The translations under genes were made by a program, and so were the position numbers. Of a DNA stretch of 64,000 nt, positions 46,605 to 57,050 are shown piece by piece (within the stretch, counting starts at the first letter, position 1; every line of letters begins with the position of its first letter). The notes beneath the pieces were generated by a model. The model was not told the origin of the DNA, ran no database searches, and saw only the letters and a list, made by a program, of their open reading frames with translations. This DNA is from Anaerolineae bacterium (lineage in GTDB: Bacteria > Chloroflexota > Anaerolineae > CG2-30-64-16), in NCBI GenBank assembly GCA_034432655.1, contig DAOUBP010000162.1:18827-82826 (forward strand). The letters run 5' to 3'.

Positions 46605-47513
46605 ATGACCATTGCCATCATCGTGCACGGCGGAGCCTGGGACATTCCCCCGGCTTTGCACGCCGATCACGAGGCCGGCTGCCGTGCAGCAGCCCGGGCC
46701 GGTTGGGAAGTCCTGGCGCGCGGCGGTTCGGCCCTGGATGCCGTGGAGGTCGCCGTGCGCGTGATGGAGGACGACCCTGTTTTCGATGCAGGCTATGGCT
46801 CCCACCTCAACGCAGACGGCCTGGTCGAGCTCGACGCGGGGATGATGGACGGCCGTACCCTGATGGCCGGGGCCGTGGCTGCCGTCAAGCGCGTGGCCAA
46901 CCCTATCAGCCTGGCGCGCCGCGTGCTTCATGATAGCCCGCACGTGTTCCTGGTCGGGGAAGGCGCGGAGCGGTTCGCGTCTGCAGTGGGCCTGCCGCTG
47001 TGTGATCCGGCTGACCTGGTGGTGGAACGGGAACGCCTGCTGTGGGAAGAGCGAAGAAACACACAGCAAGAAGGGCGTTCGGCCTTCGGCGGCAGCGATA
47101 CGGTGGGCGCGGTGGCCATGGATGCGGACGGCAACCTGGCCGTGGGCAATTCGACCGGTGGCACCTTTTTCAAGCATCCGGGCCGGGTGGGTGACACACC
47201 CATCATCGGTTGTGGGCTATATGCCGACAACACGCTCGGCGCAGCTGCCTGCACCGGGTGGGGCGAACAGATCATGAAGACAGTGTTGGCCAAGACCACG
47301 GTAGATCAGATTGCTTTGCTGGGCAATGCTTCGACGGCAGCCAACGTCGCCATCGCCTATTTTCGCCACCGCGTCGGTGGCCTGGGCGGCGTCATCTGCA
47401 TCTCACCGGACGGACAGGTTGGCCTGGCGCACAGCACACCCTACCTGGCCTATGCGTATCGCACGGCAGACCTGCCCGAAATGGTGAGCGGCCTCAAGGT
47501 CAACGGTGGGTAG
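46605..47513 (+). CDS. Isoaspartyl peptidase / plant-type L-asparaginase
   Basis: IIVHGGA, ELDAGMMDG, DTVGAVA (Thr nucleophile), STGG, GRVGDTP, TGWGE. Confidence 0.92.
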   Translation: MTIAIIVHGGAWDIPPALHADHEAGCRAAARAGWEVLARGGSALDAVEVAVRVMEDDPVFDAGYGSHLNADGLVELDAGMMDGRTLMAGAVAAVKRVANPISLARRVLHDSPHVFLVGEGAERFASAVGLPLCDPADLVVERERLLWEERRNTQQEGRSAFGGSDTVGAVAMDADGNLAVGNSTGGTFFKHPGRVGDTPIIGCGLYADNTLGAAACTGWGEQIMKTVLAKTTVDQIALLGNASTAANVAIAYFRHRVGGLGGVICISPDGQVGLAHSTPYLAYAYRTADLPEMVSGLKVNGG

Positions 47514-47519
47514 TCAGCT

Positions 47520-47795
47520 ATGGATCAGAAACGGGTGAAAGTCGTGATTAGCGGCCGGGTGCAGGGGGTAGGGTTCCGGGCCAGTTGCCAGCGCCAGGCT
47601 GTGGCGTTGGGCCTCACGGGGTGGGTGCGCAACCGTTGGGACGGCACAGTGGAGGCGCTTTTCGAAGGGCCGGCCGAGGCGGTGGATGCCATGTTGGCCT
47701 GGTGCCACCAGGGGCCGCCGGCGGCATATGTGACCGGGGTTGAAGTTACTATCCCCCCGGATGCGCCACCGGAGCGTTGGTTCCGGATCCGCTAA
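47520..47795 (+). CDS. acyP: Acylphosphatase
   Basis: [25 protein letters not shown]. Confidence 0.95.
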   Translation: MDQKRVKVVISGRVQGVGFRASCQRQAVALGLTGWVRNRWDGTVEALFEGPAEAVDAMLAWCHQGPPAAYVTGVEVTIPPDAPPERWFRIR

Positions 47796-47817
47796 CACAC
47801 CACGAAAGAGACCGGAC

Positions 47818-48309
47818 GTGTCCGACCCTATCCCTGTCATTATCTACACCGACGGCGCGTGCGCGGGCAATCCGGGCCCGGGCGGTTGGGCTGCTATCTT
47901 GCGCTATGGCCCGCATGAGAAGGTGCTGCAGGGCGGCGCATCATTGACCACCAACAACCGCATGGAGCTGCGCGCGGCGATTGCCGCGTTCCAGGCACTG
48001 ACCAGGCCGTGCACGGTGGAGTTCTATACCGATTCGGAGTATCTGCAAAAGGGCATCACCGAATGGCTGCCGACCTGGTTGCGCAACGGCTGGCGCACAA
48101 AGCGCAGGAAGCCCGTGAAGAACCAGGATTTGTGGCGGGCCCTATCGGCCGCCATTCAGCCGCATCGGGTAACCTGGCATTGGGTGCGCGGCCATGCGGG
48201 GGATGAATACAACGAACGGGCCGACCGCCTGGCCCTGCAGGCGCTTGACACCATCGGTGTGAAGGGCAAACCGGATCTGGAGGGAGCAGACGCTGCCTTA
48301 CCGGTCTAA
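47818..48309 (+). CDS. rnhA: Ribonuclease HI
   Basis: [46 protein letters not shown]; GTG start 47818. Confidence 0.95.
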   Translation: MSDPIPVIIYTDGACAGNPGPGGWAAILRYGPHEKVLQGGASLTTNNRMELRAAIAAFQALTRPCTVEFYTDSEYLQKGITEWLPTWLRNGWRTKRRKPVKNQDLWRALSAAIQPHRVTWHWVRGHAGDEYNERADRLALQALDTIGVKGKPDLEGADAALPV

Positions 48310-48379
48310 AGGGGCAGGCCAGCCACAGATAACCGGCGGCCGGTCTTTTGTAGCTGAAGAAACAAGGACACCCCACTGA

Positions 48380-49450
48380 ATGACGCTCATTCTTGCCATC
48401 GAGACCTCCTGCGATGAGACCGCGGCGGCAGTGATCGAAGACGGGCATCGCATCCGATCCAACGTCGTTGCGTCGCAGATCGAACTCCACCGCCCCTACG
48501 GCGGTGTCTTCCCAGAGATCGCATCGCGCCAGCACATTTTTGACATCGTGCCGGTGGTCACGCAGGCGATGACCGACGCCGCGGCCACATGGGACGACCT
48601 GACAGCTGTGGCAGCGACGCGCGGGCCGGGACTGGCCGGCTCGTTGCTGGTGGGCGTTAACGCGGCCAAGGCTATCGCCTGGAGCCGAGGACTGCCGATC
48701 TGCGCCGTGAACCATCTGGAGGGACATCTTTACTCCAACTGGCTGGACGAAGGCGGCAAGATCGGGCCCGAAACTATTACCCGGCCCAGCCTGCCTGCGC
48801 TCGACGCCGAGGGCCAGGCCTTCCCTTTGCTGGTGCTGATCGTCTCAGGTGGGCACACGGAGCTGATCCTGATGGTGGGCCACGGCCGCTATCGGAGGCT
48901 GGGGGCAACCCTGGACGACGCAGCCGGTGAGGCGTTCGACAAAGTGGCACGGCTGTTGGGGCTGGGCTATCCCGGTGGTCCGGCCATCCAGAAAGCTGCT
49001 GAGGGGGGCAACCCGGCCGCCTTCCCCTTCCCGCGCGGGTTGAGCAACTACGCCATTCAGCCGGAGCATCGGTACAACTTTAGTTTCAGCGGTTTGAAGA
49101 CGGCTGTCCTGCGCCAGGTGCGCGAGCTGGGCGCGCCTTTGCCCGTCGCCGATCTGGCGGCCAGCTTCCAGGCAGCCGTAGTGGACGTGTTGGTAAGCAA
49201 GACTGCAGACGCAGCACTGGCTTTCGGTGTAAAGCGCGTTTGTGTTTGCGGCGGAGTGGCGGCCAACAGCGCGCTGCGGGCTGCCATAGCCGAACGTTTG
49301 CCGGTGCCTGTCTCCATCCCACCCCTTTTCTTGTGCACCGACAACGCCGCCATGATCGGCTCGGCTGCGCACTATCGCCTGTTGAGCGAAGGGCCTGCCA
49401 CGCTGGATTTCGATGTGGAGCCGGATCTGGGTTTGATGGCAGAGGGGTGA
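48380..49450 (+). CDS. tsaD: tRNA N6-adenosine threonylcarbamoyltransferase
   Basis: [55 protein letters not shown]. Confidence 0.97.
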   Translation: MTLILAIETSCDETAAAVIEDGHRIRSNVVASQIELHRPYGGVFPEIASRQHIFDIVPVVTQAMTDAAATWDDLTAVAATRGPGLAGSLLVGVNAAKAIAWSRGLPICAVNHLEGHLYSNWLDEGGKIGPETITRPSLPALDAEGQAFPLLVLIVSGGHTELILMVGHGRYRRLGATLDDAAGEAFDKVARLLGLGYPGGPAIQKAAEGGNPAAFPFPRGLSNYAIQPEHRYNFSFSGLKTAVLRQVRELGAPLPVADLAASFQAAVVDVLVSKTADAALAFGVKRVCVCGGVAANSALRAAIAERLPVPVSIPPLFLCTDNAAMIGSAAHYRLLSEGPATLDFDVEPDLGLMAEG

Positions 49451-49526
49451 GGTAAGGGCCGGTACAACGGAACTCTTGAAGGACTTAAGGGATAACGCGA
49501 GAAACCGTAGAACTGGGGAGCGGCGA

Positions 49527-50060
49527 ATGGCATCTGTTTTGACGACTGAGCGGTTAATTCTGCGGCCTTGTCTCGAGGGCGAAGCGAAGCTGGCCGATGA
49601 GTTCACCCGGGCGGCGCGCCCAGGCGATGCTTTTGATCCAGGTGCGGTGCTGGCCCGTGGCCGGGGCGCAGGCCCTGCCCATACCTTTTTAGCCCGGGAC
49701 GTGCAGAACAACGACAGAACTCTGGTCATCACTTTGAAAGACACGGGACTGCCCATCGGCCAGGCCGGTTTGCGGCCGCGCATCCTGCCCTGGCAGCCCT
49801 ATGCCACCGCTGAGGTCGAGCTGCACTGCACACTGGAGCCTGGCTACTGGGACGCCGGCTATGCCGAGGAAGCGTGTCGCGCTTTGCTACGCCTCGCCTT
49901 TGGCGAGATGAACCTTCTGCGGCTGGTGGCCATCGTCGAACCGGACGATCAGCGCACCGAAAGCCTGCTGACACGGCTGGGGTTCATCCTCGCCCCTGCC
50001 CCGGATCCGTGGTTGCCCGCACGCATCGGTGTCCTGGTCAACCCGGCCTGTCACGCCTGA
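49527..50060 (+). CDS. GNAT (RimJ/RimL-like) acetyltransferase
   Basis: LTTERLILRP, PGYWDAGYAEEA, SLLTRLGF. Confidence 0.75.
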   Translation: MASVLTTERLILRPCLEGEAKLADEFTRAARPGDAFDPGAVLARGRGAGPAHTFLARDVQNNDRTLVITLKDTGLPIGQAGLRPRILPWQPYATAEVELHCTLEPGYWDAGYAEEACRALLRLAFGEMNLLRLVAIVEPDDQRTESLLTRLGFILAPAPDPWLPARIGVLVNPACHA

Positions 50061-50072
50061 TTCGCTGCTTCG

Positions 50073-50483
50073 CTACACTTCCTTCCATACCTTCCCCAGA
50101 CTCTCCCCGTACACCTTCAACTCCCACTCGTTGAAGTATCCGAACGGCGTGACCCATACCTGGTACCCGGTAGCGCGCAGGCGGTCGGCCAGCTCGGCGA
50201 TGAAGGCGCCGGCGAACTCAGGCGTGGCGTTCTCGCCCCCCAGATGGGTGAATGAATGGAGCACCACCCGCTTCAAGTCCCGTTTGTTGGCCAGCCATTT
50301 GATGTTCTTCAGCGTCTTGCGGAAGACCTCATCCCGGTTTGCCGCATCCCTGGCCTCCACCTGCATGAAGATCACGGCCGCGTCGGTCACTTCGTCCTCC
50401 ACTGCCACATCTTCAACCTCCACCAGGGTCTTAGAATAAGACTTCCACCAAAAACGCTGGGCCAGGAACATCAACAGTCGCAT
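50073..50483 (-). CDS. Free-standing archaeal-type threonyl-tRNA synthetase editing domain
   Basis: MRLLMF, AAVIFMQVE, VVLHSFTHL, TPFGYF. Confidence 0.82.
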   Translation of the reverse strand: MRLLMFLAQRFWWKSYSKTLVEVEDVAVEDEVTDAAVIFMQVEARDAANRDEVFRKTLKNIKWLANKRDLKRVVLHSFTHLGGENATPEFAGAFIAELADRLRATGYQVWVTPFGYFNEWELKVYGESLGKVWKEV

Positions 50484-50554
50484 ATTTGTCCTCCTGATTT
50501 ATGCATAGTACAATAAAATCACAAAAACGCCACAACCTGACAGGAGCGTGCCAA

Positions 50555-52297
50555 ATGACCGAAGACCAGGATGGAGTGCCTGCTGAAATCGCGTCCCTGG
50601 TAGATTTGCTTTGCTGGCGGGCGACCGAACAGCCCGCGCGGCAAGCAGCCGCCTTCCTGGATGATGAAAGTGATCTGGTAGGCCGTCTCAGTTACGCCGA
50701 ACTGGATCGCAAAGCCCGTACCATCGGGGCATTGTTACAAGAACATAACCTGGCAGGCGAACGGGCCCTGATGTTGTACAGCCCTGGCCTTGATTTTGTG
50801 GCCGCGTTCTTCGGCTGTCTTTATGGGGGCACCATCGCCGTGCCGGCATATCCGCCCCGGCCGCGCACCCTGAGCCGCCTGCTCAATATTGTCAAAGATG
50901 CCCGGCCCGCTGTCATCCTGGCCTCTCGCGATGTGCGCGAGCTCATTGAACCGATGTTGACCGAAGCGGAAGGCTTCCCCAGGCTGCCGTGGCTCACCAC
51001 GGATGACCTGCCGGACACCCTGAGCGAAGTCTGGCATCACCCCGGAGCGACCCGTACCAGCCTGGCTTTCCTGCAATACACCTCCGGCTCCACCACCACA
51101 CCGCGTGGGGTGATGGTAAGCCACGGCAATCTGCTGCACAACCTGAGCCTGATCCGGGCAGGCTTCGAGACTACCCATGCAGATAGCGGCGTGATCTGGT
51201 TGCCTTTGTACCATGACATGGGGCTGATCGGCGGTGTATTGCAGCCGATCTTCGCGGGCCTGCCTGTCACCTTGATGTCGCCGCTGACCTTTCTGCAGCG
51301 GCCGTTCCGCTGGCTGGAGGCCATCACCAAGACCCGTGCCACCATCAGCGGGGGCCCGAACTTCGCCTACGACCTGTGCGTGCGCAAAATCACTGCCGAA
51401 CAGCGTGCCAGGCTCGATCTCAGCCGCTGGGAAATCGCTTTTAGCGGCGCAGAACCGGTGCGCGGCGAGACTATTGAGCGTTTCACGCGCACTTTTGCGG
51501 AATGCGGCTTTCAACCCACCGCCTGGTTGCCGTGCTACGGGCTGGCGGAGGCCACCTTGTTCGTAACCGGCGTCCAAAGGGCCACGGGGCCACGTTTTCT
51601 CACCGTCTCAACCCTGGCTCTGGAGGCGCACAAAGTTGTGCCGGTGGCGGACGACGGGCCTGGCGGCCGGAGGTTTGTCAGTTGCGGTTTCCCTCGAGGT
51701 GACCTTAAGGTCGCGATCGTAGACCCCGAGTCTGCGACATTGGCCCCGCCTGATGCTGTCGGCGAAATCTGGATATCAGGCCCCAGTGTCGCCGGTGGCT
51801 ACTGGGGACAGCCGCAAGAGAGCGATCGGGTATTTCGCGCTCAAGTTGTCGGCGCTGAAGATGCCAGGACCTGGCTGCGGACCGGCGACCTGGGCTTCCT
51901 GCACAACGGTGAACTGTTCATCGCCGGTCGCATCAAAGATTTGATCATCATTGACGGTCGCAACCACTACCCCCAAGACATCGAGCTGACGGTGGAGGGC
52001 AGTCATCCGGCGATCCAGCTTAGTGGCGTGGCTGCCTTCTCGGTGGACAGCGCAGACACTGAGAGGCTGGTGATCGTCGCAGAAATCGCACGTGAACACG
52101 TGCCCGGCCGGCCCGGCGCTGCGCCGTTGGCCGAAATCGCTCGCGCGGTGCGAAGGGCTGTATCTGAACAACATGCCGTTCAAATCAGCGACCTGGTCTT
52201 GATCAGGCCGGGCACCGTGCCCAAGACCACCAGCGGCAAAATCCAGCGCCATGCGGCTCGCGCGGCATATCTGGCCGGGACATTGAGCCGGGTCTGA
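50555..52297 (+). CDS. Fatty acyl-AMP ligase (FAAL)
   Basis: FLQYTSGSTTTPRGV, WLPLYHDMGLIG, GPNFAY, GAEPV, CYGLAEATL, LRTGDLG, GRNHYPQDIE, PKTTSGKIQR. Confidence 0.92.
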   Translation: MTEDQDGVPAEIASLVDLLCWRATEQPARQAAAFLDDESDLVGRLSYAELDRKARTIGALLQEHNLAGERALMLYSPGLDFVAAFFGCLYGGTIAVPAYPPRPRTLSRLLNIVKDARPAVILASRDVRELIEPMLTEAEGFPRLPWLTTDDLPDTLSEVWHHPGATRTSLAFLQYTSGSTTTPRGVMVSHGNLLHNLSLIRAGFETTHADSGVIWLPLYHDMGLIGGVLQPIFAGLPVTLMSPLTFLQRPFRWLEAITKTRATISGGPNFAYDLCVRKITAEQRARLDLSRWEIAFSGAEPVRGETIERFTRTFAECGFQPTAWLPCYGLAEATLFVTGVQRATGPRFLTVSTLALEAHKVVPVADDGPGGRRFVSCGFPRGDLKVAIVDPESATLAPPDAVGEIWISGPSVAGGYWGQPQESDRVFRAQVVGAEDARTWLRTGDLGFLHNGELFIAGRIKDLIIIDGRNHYPQDIELTVEGSHPAIQLSGVAAFSVDSADTERLVIVAEIAREHVPGRPGAAPLAEIARAVRRAVSEQHAVQISDLVLIRPGTVPKTTSGKIQRHAARAAYLAGTLSRV

Positions 52298-52301
52298 GCC
52301 G

Positions 52302-53159
52302 TCAGCGTGTTGTTTTTACCCACATGCTCGCCCCATCGCTGATCACCTCGACCCGGCCGTGTTGATCGGTGCGCAGCACCTGAACCTCGGCCAGACGTTC
52401 CAGCACGGCCGGGTGTGGGTGACCGAAGGAGTTCTCCCGCCCGACCGAGATCACGGCCAGCCGCGGCTGCACGGCGGCAACAAACGCGGCCGAGGTGGAC
52501 CCGTTGCTGCCGTGATGCCCCACTTTCAACACATCGGCGCGCAGCGGCAAACCCGCCGCAATGAGGGCCTCCTCTGCTTCACGCTCGGCATCGCCTGTCA
52601 ACAACAAGCTGAAGCGGCCGTAATCCAGCCGCAACACAATCGCGTTGTTGTTGTCGTCCGAGGCTGTGCCGGTCAAAAGCTGTGGCCCAGGATGCAGCAC
52701 CGTGAGCAGCACGTTCCCCGCCGGCAAGCGCATTCCGCGACGGGCGTAGGCGCGCGGGATGTCACGCGCGCGCAGTCGTTCCAGCCAGGGTGCCGCCTCG
52801 GGCGCACTATCCGATTGGGGCACATCCAGCACTTGAGCCACGCGATAGCGATCCAGTAACGAGATCAACCCGGTGATGTGATCGCCGTCGGGATGGGTCA
52901 GCACCACCAGATCCAGGCTGCGGTCCCAAAAGGGCAGCACCGTGCCGAGCTCATTGAGCAAGGCGGTGGGGCTGGGCCCGCCATCCACCAGGATCTGGCG
53001 GCCATCGGGCGCCACGATCAAAATCGCGTCCCCCTGGCCCACGTCCAGAAAGTAGACGTGTAGCTTGCCATCGGGCAGCCCGCGCGTCCCCAGCCAGACG
53101 ATCGCCGCCAGCAGGGCCAACAGCGCCACCCACCGCCAACCGGAGAAAAGTCCTTTCAT
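52302..53159 (-). CDS. ComEC/Rec2-type metallo-beta-lactamase-fold protein, standalone with N-terminal membrane anchor
   Basis: FLDVGQGDAI, VDGGP, THPDGDHITG, LLTGDAE, KVGHHGS, FGHPHP. Confidence 0.9.
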   Translation of the reverse strand: MKGLFSGWRWVALLALLAAIVWLGTRGLPDGKLHVYFLDVGQGDAILIVAPDGRQILVDGGPSPTALLNELGTVLPFWDRSLDLVVLTHPDGDHITGLISLLDRYRVAQVLDVPQSDSAPEAAPWLERLRARDIPRAYARRGMRLPAGNVLLTVLHPGPQLLTGTASDDNNNAIVLRLDYGRFSLLLTGDAEREAEEALIAAGLPLRADVLKVGHHGSNGSTSAAFVAAVQPRLAVISVGRENSFGHPHPAVLERLAEVQVLRTDQHGRVEVISDGASMWVKTTR

Positions 53160-53228
53160 TTCCCCTTTCCCGTCCCCCGGTTTATACTACGCCCGGCACG
53201 TGACACCTGTCAAACAATGGAGTGTAAC

Positions 53229-54053
53229 ATGAAAATCCTGGTTGCAGCTGACATGGAGGGCATCACCGGGGTGGTTCACAGCGATCAGACCAACCCCAGC
53301 CATGCCGAATACGGTCGTTTTCGCGAGCTGATGACGGCCGACGTCAACGCGGCTGTGCGCGGCGCGTTCGACGCAGGCGCCGACGAAGTGGTCGTCAGCG
53401 ACGGGCACTGGGACAACCGCAACATCCTGATCGAACGGTTGGATTCCCGGGCCAGGCTAAATGCAGGCGGCCCCCGGCCGTTTGCGATGGTGGAAGGCAT
53501 TAACAGCGGTGTAGATGGCGTGTTTTTCATCGGCTATCATGCGCGCGTCGGCACGACAAATGCGATCCTGGATCACACGTGGTCCACACAGCGGGTCGCC
53601 GGCCTGTGGTTGAACGGCCAGGAGATAGGGGAGATCGGCCTGAACGCGGCTGTTTGCGGCCATTTCGGCGCGCCGGTGCTGATGATCTCAGGGGATCAAA
53701 GCGCCTGCGCCGAAGCGGTTGCGCTGTTGGGCCAGGTGGAGACCGCAGTAGTCAAACGCGCCACAGGCCGCACTTCGGCCGAGTGCCTGCCGCCCGAGAT
53801 CACCGGCCGGTTGATCCAGGAGGCAGCGACGCGGGCCGTGCGCCGTCTGGTTGCCGGAGAAGCGCCTGCTCCGCTGCAGCTGGCACTGCCCGTCACCGTC
53901 ACCGTTGAATTCGGACGCTCCGAGATGGCGGACGCTGCTGCGCTTATGCCCGGCGCAGAGCGGCTGGAGGGCAAACGAGTACAGTTCATCGCCCGGGATA
54001 TGTTGGAGGCCTACCGGGCCTTCCGGGCGTTGGTGGGGCTGGCGAACGCCTGA
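53229..54053 (+). CDS. dppA: D-aminopeptidase (M55, DppA family)
   Basis: ADMEGITG, DGHWDNRN, FIGYHA, LDHTW, GEIGLNA, SGD. Confidence 0.9.
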   Translation: MKILVAADMEGITGVVHSDQTNPSHAEYGRFRELMTADVNAAVRGAFDAGADEVVVSDGHWDNRNILIERLDSRARLNAGGPRPFAMVEGINSGVDGVFFIGYHARVGTTNAILDHTWSTQRVAGLWLNGQEIGEIGLNAAVCGHFGAPVLMISGDQSACAEAVALLGQVETAVVKRATGRTSAECLPPEITGRLIQEAATRAVRRLVAGEAPAPLQLALPVTVTVEFGRSEMADAAALMPGAERLEGKRVQFIARDMLEAYRAFRALVGLANA

Positions 54054-54060
54054 CTGTCCG

Positions 54061-54624
54061 ATGCGCATCGTTGACCTTGACCCCGACGATACATCCCTGG
54101 TGCGCCAGGCAGCCGAGTTGCTGGTGATCGGCTTCCGCGAGCACTGGCCCAAGGCCTGGCCGGACATGCAGGCCGCCCTGGCCGAAGTGCGCGAGATGCT
54201 GGCGCCCGAGAACATCTGCCGCGCCGCCATTGACGACCAGGGCGTGTTGCTGGGCTGGATCGGCGGCCTGCCCGGCTACGGCGGCAACGTGTGGGAGCTG
54301 CATCCGCTGGTAGTGCGCCCCGACCGCCAGCGCCAGGGGATCGGTCGGGCGCTGGTGGCCGACCTGGAGGCGCAAGTCGCCGCGCGCGGGGCCCTCACCC
54401 TCTGGGTCGCCACCGACGACGAGGACGACATGACTTCGTTGGCCGGGATTGACCTGTACGACGACCTTTTGGGCCACCTGGCAGCCATCCGCGACCTCAA
54501 AGGCCATCCGTTTCGCTTCTACCAAAAGTGCGGCTTCGTTATCGCGGGCGTGGTGCCCGATGCCAACGGGCCGGGCAAGCCGGATATTCTGATGGCGAAA
54601 CGGGTACGGCGGTCAAGCGACTGA
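54061..54624 (+). CDS. GNAT acetyltransferase, AAC(6')-Ia/Ii-like
   Basis: GWIGGLPGYGGNVWELHPLVV, GIGRALV, TDDE, HPFRFYQKCGF, VVPDANGPGKPDILMAK. Confidence 0.85.
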   Translation: MRIVDLDPDDTSLVRQAAELLVIGFREHWPKAWPDMQAALAEVREMLAPENICRAAIDDQGVLLGWIGGLPGYGGNVWELHPLVVRPDRQRQGIGRALVADLEAQVAARGALTLWVATDDEDDMTSLAGIDLYDDLLGHLAAIRDLKGHPFRFYQKCGFVIAGVVPDANGPGKPDILMAKRVRRSSD

Positions 54625-54631
54625 TGTGCCT

Positions 54632-56890
54632 TCATCGCAGGCGCTCGCGGCCCAGCCGCCGCAGCCACAGCCGCGCCCCGTCTGTAACTACCTCGACGAT
54701 GGCGTCGGCCGGGACGCGCGTGGCGCCGCGCTGAGCTAACAGCTCGGCCACGTCCGGCGGGTAGGCCGTCTCCTCGGGCCAGAGGATGATCTGGGGCGCG
54801 GCCGCGGCCAGGAACCCGGCTGTGGGCCAGGTGCCGGTGTCCGGGCCGGGCGCTTTGAGCAGGGTGACGCGCAGATCGGTACCGTCTTGCAGCAGTTCGG
54901 CTTGCGTCGTGACCGTGAGCGCGGCCGGCCACAGAACACGTAATTGCCCGTATTCCAGCGCCAGGGCCGGCTGCTCGCCCTCACCCAGGCGGGTCAACGT
55001 CACGCCTTCGGCCAGGCGGATACCCGTGCCGGGCTCAAGTTGCGCCGGGTCAACGCTGATCCCGGCCGGCCACAAGCTGGCGCCAGCCGGGCCGATGGCT
55101 GCGTCCACCCTGCGTTGCGGCCCACGCAATAACGGTTGGGCCGCGCCGGCCAGCCCCTCGGCGTCCCCCCGGCCATCCCAGAGCCATACCTGTTTGCCAT
55201 CGGGCGTCACCACCAACGTTGCTTCACCGCCTTCGACCGGCACGAAGAACAGATGCAGCCGGCCATCAGGCAGCGCCTGCCACGCTGTTAGACCCAGCCA
55301 GACGGGCACGATCAATGCCGTGGCCCCAAGCAAAGCTCGACGGGCGGGCACTGTCGTCCAGCCGCGCCGGTACGCCAACTGCCAACACATCCCGCCGATC
55401 AAGGCTGCCAGATAGACCAGTGCCGCCACGCGACCCACAGCGCCAGTCCCCACCGACGCCAGCGGCACCGCCGCGGTCAGCCGCACCACTGCGGTCGTGT
55501 AAGTCAGAAACAGCCAGGGGATCACCGCCAGGACACGCCCCAGCGGCTCCCACAGCAACCCAAAGACCAGCGTCGCCATACCGCCGGTCATGATGGGTGG
55601 CTGCGCGGGCAAGATCAGGAAATTGGTGACCAGGGAGATCAATGAAAGCCGGCCGAAGTGATAGACGATGATGGGCAGCGTCAACACTTGCGCTGCCAAC
55701 GTCACGATCAGCGCATCGTTCAGCAGGCCCATGACCTGCCGGAGCCGTTCCCTTGTCAGCCGGCGGGCCAGCACGCCTTGCATCTGCTGAGCGATGGGCC
55801 GGGTGAAGAGTACCAGCCCTAACGTGGCTGCAAAGCTGAGCTGAAAGCCGACATCCCAAAGAATCAAAGGGTTCCAGGCCAACATCGCCAGCGCCGAGGC
55901 GCAGAGCGAGACATAGGCCGTGCTCTGTCGGCCCAGGTAAACGGCAAAGATGTAAAGAATGCCCATGATGCCGGCGCGCAAGGCGGCCGCGTCAGCGCCC
56001 ACCAGCAGGACATAGAGCGCAATGCCCAACGCGGCCGGAAAAACCGCCCGCCGTCTGCCCAACAGCCGGCTCAGCGCAGCCATCAGCACGCCCGAGAGCA
56101 GCGCAATGTTGCTGCCGGAAATTACGATCACGTGCGATGTGCCGGTAGCCACGAAGGCTGCGTCCACGTCGGGTGCGATGCCGCTCTCGATGCCCAGCAA
56201 CATGCCGTTGGCCAACGCAGCTGCCGGTTCGGGCAACACCCGGTTCAACAGCGCAGAGCCCTGTGCCTTCAACCGGAACAGCAGATGCCAGAAAAGCTGA
56301 CCCTCCCCCTCTCCGATCTTCTCCAACCGGCTGCGGCGCATCAGGCTGTAGATCCCGCGCCGGGCCAGGTGGGTGCGATAGTCGAAATCGTCCAACACGG
56401 GCGGCGTCTGAAGGTTACCTGTGGCACGCAAGCGGTCACCGTAGCTGAACTCGGGAAAACGACGGGCCTGGACCAACACATCGCCTTGCACCGCGTACGC
56501 CCGGCCGTCCAGCGTCAGCTTCTCCGCGCGCAGCCGGTAGTAGGTTTGCACGTCGCGCACGTCGGGATAGCCGATCACCACCCCTTCGACGGTAACCCGG
56601 GCCGGATGTGCCTCATCGCCGTTGAAAAAAGCCACATGGGCAGGGGTGGGACAGGCAGCCAACGCGTAAGCATGATAACGCCAGGCGGCAAGAAGGAGGA
56701 AGAAGACAGCTAACGCGATTAACCGTTGGCGGGGTTGTTTGCGCGTGGCGAAAACGGCCACCATGCTCCAGGCTGTGAGCAGCATCCACGGCCAGCCGGC
56801 CGTAGAGCAACTCAAAAGATGGGCCCGCCAGAGCCAATGTGCCAGCAGGATCCCGCCCGCCCAGGCGATGGTCAGGTAGACCAGCAACAC
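54632..56890 (-). CDS. comEC: Competence protein ComEC/Rec2 with a decayed C-terminal MBL domain
   Basis: OB-like DUF4131 region, ATGTSHVIVISGSN, ALRAGIMG, DVGFQLSFAAT, multiple TM segments; GTG start with GGAGG RBS. Confidence 0.88.
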   Translation of the reverse strand: MLLVYLTIAWAGGILLAHWLWRAHLLSCSTAGWPWMLLTAWSMVAVFATRKQPRQRLIALAVFFLLLAAWRYHAYALAACPTPAHVAFFNGDEAHPARVTVEGVVIGYPDVRDVQTYYRLRAEKLTLDGRAYAVQGDVLVQARRFPEFSYGDRLRATGNLQTPPVLDDFDYRTHLARRGIYSLMRRSRLEKIGEGEGQLFWHLLFRLKAQGSALLNRVLPEPAAALANGMLLGIESGIAPDVDAAFVATGTSHVIVISGSNIALLSGVLMAALSRLLGRRRAVFPAALGIALYVLLVGADAAALRAGIMGILYIFAVYLGRQSTAYVSLCASALAMLAWNPLILWDVGFQLSFAATLGLVLFTRPIAQQMQGVLARRLTRERLRQVMGLLNDALIVTLAAQVLTLPIIVYHFGRLSLISLVTNFLILPAQPPIMTGGMATLVFGLLWEPLGRVLAVIPWLFLTYTTAVVRLTAAVPLASVGTGAVGRVAALVYLAALIGGMCWQLAYRRGWTTVPARRALLGATALIVPVWLGLTAWQALPDGRLHLFFVPVEGGEATLVVTPDGKQVWLWDGRGDAEGLAGAAQPLLRGPQRRVDAAIGPAGASLWPAGISVDPAQLEPGTGIRLAEGVTLTRLGEGEQPALALEYGQLRVLWPAALTVTTQAELLQDGTDLRVTLLKAPGPDTGTWPTAGFLAAAAPQIILWPEETAYPPDVAELLAQRGATRVPADAIVEVVTDGARLWLRRLGRERLR

Positions 56891-57050
56891 AGCGCCCCCT
56901 CCCGACGCGCGCGGATTTCGACGGGGCAAGGGGGGACCGACACGGCAGAATCGGCATGCCCGGCTCGATGGCATCATTTTCGCGCACCCGGCAGCCTTTG
57001 CGCAAATGCGCCGGGCCCGGGCGAAAGCGTTTTCAAAATCGTCGAAGCGC

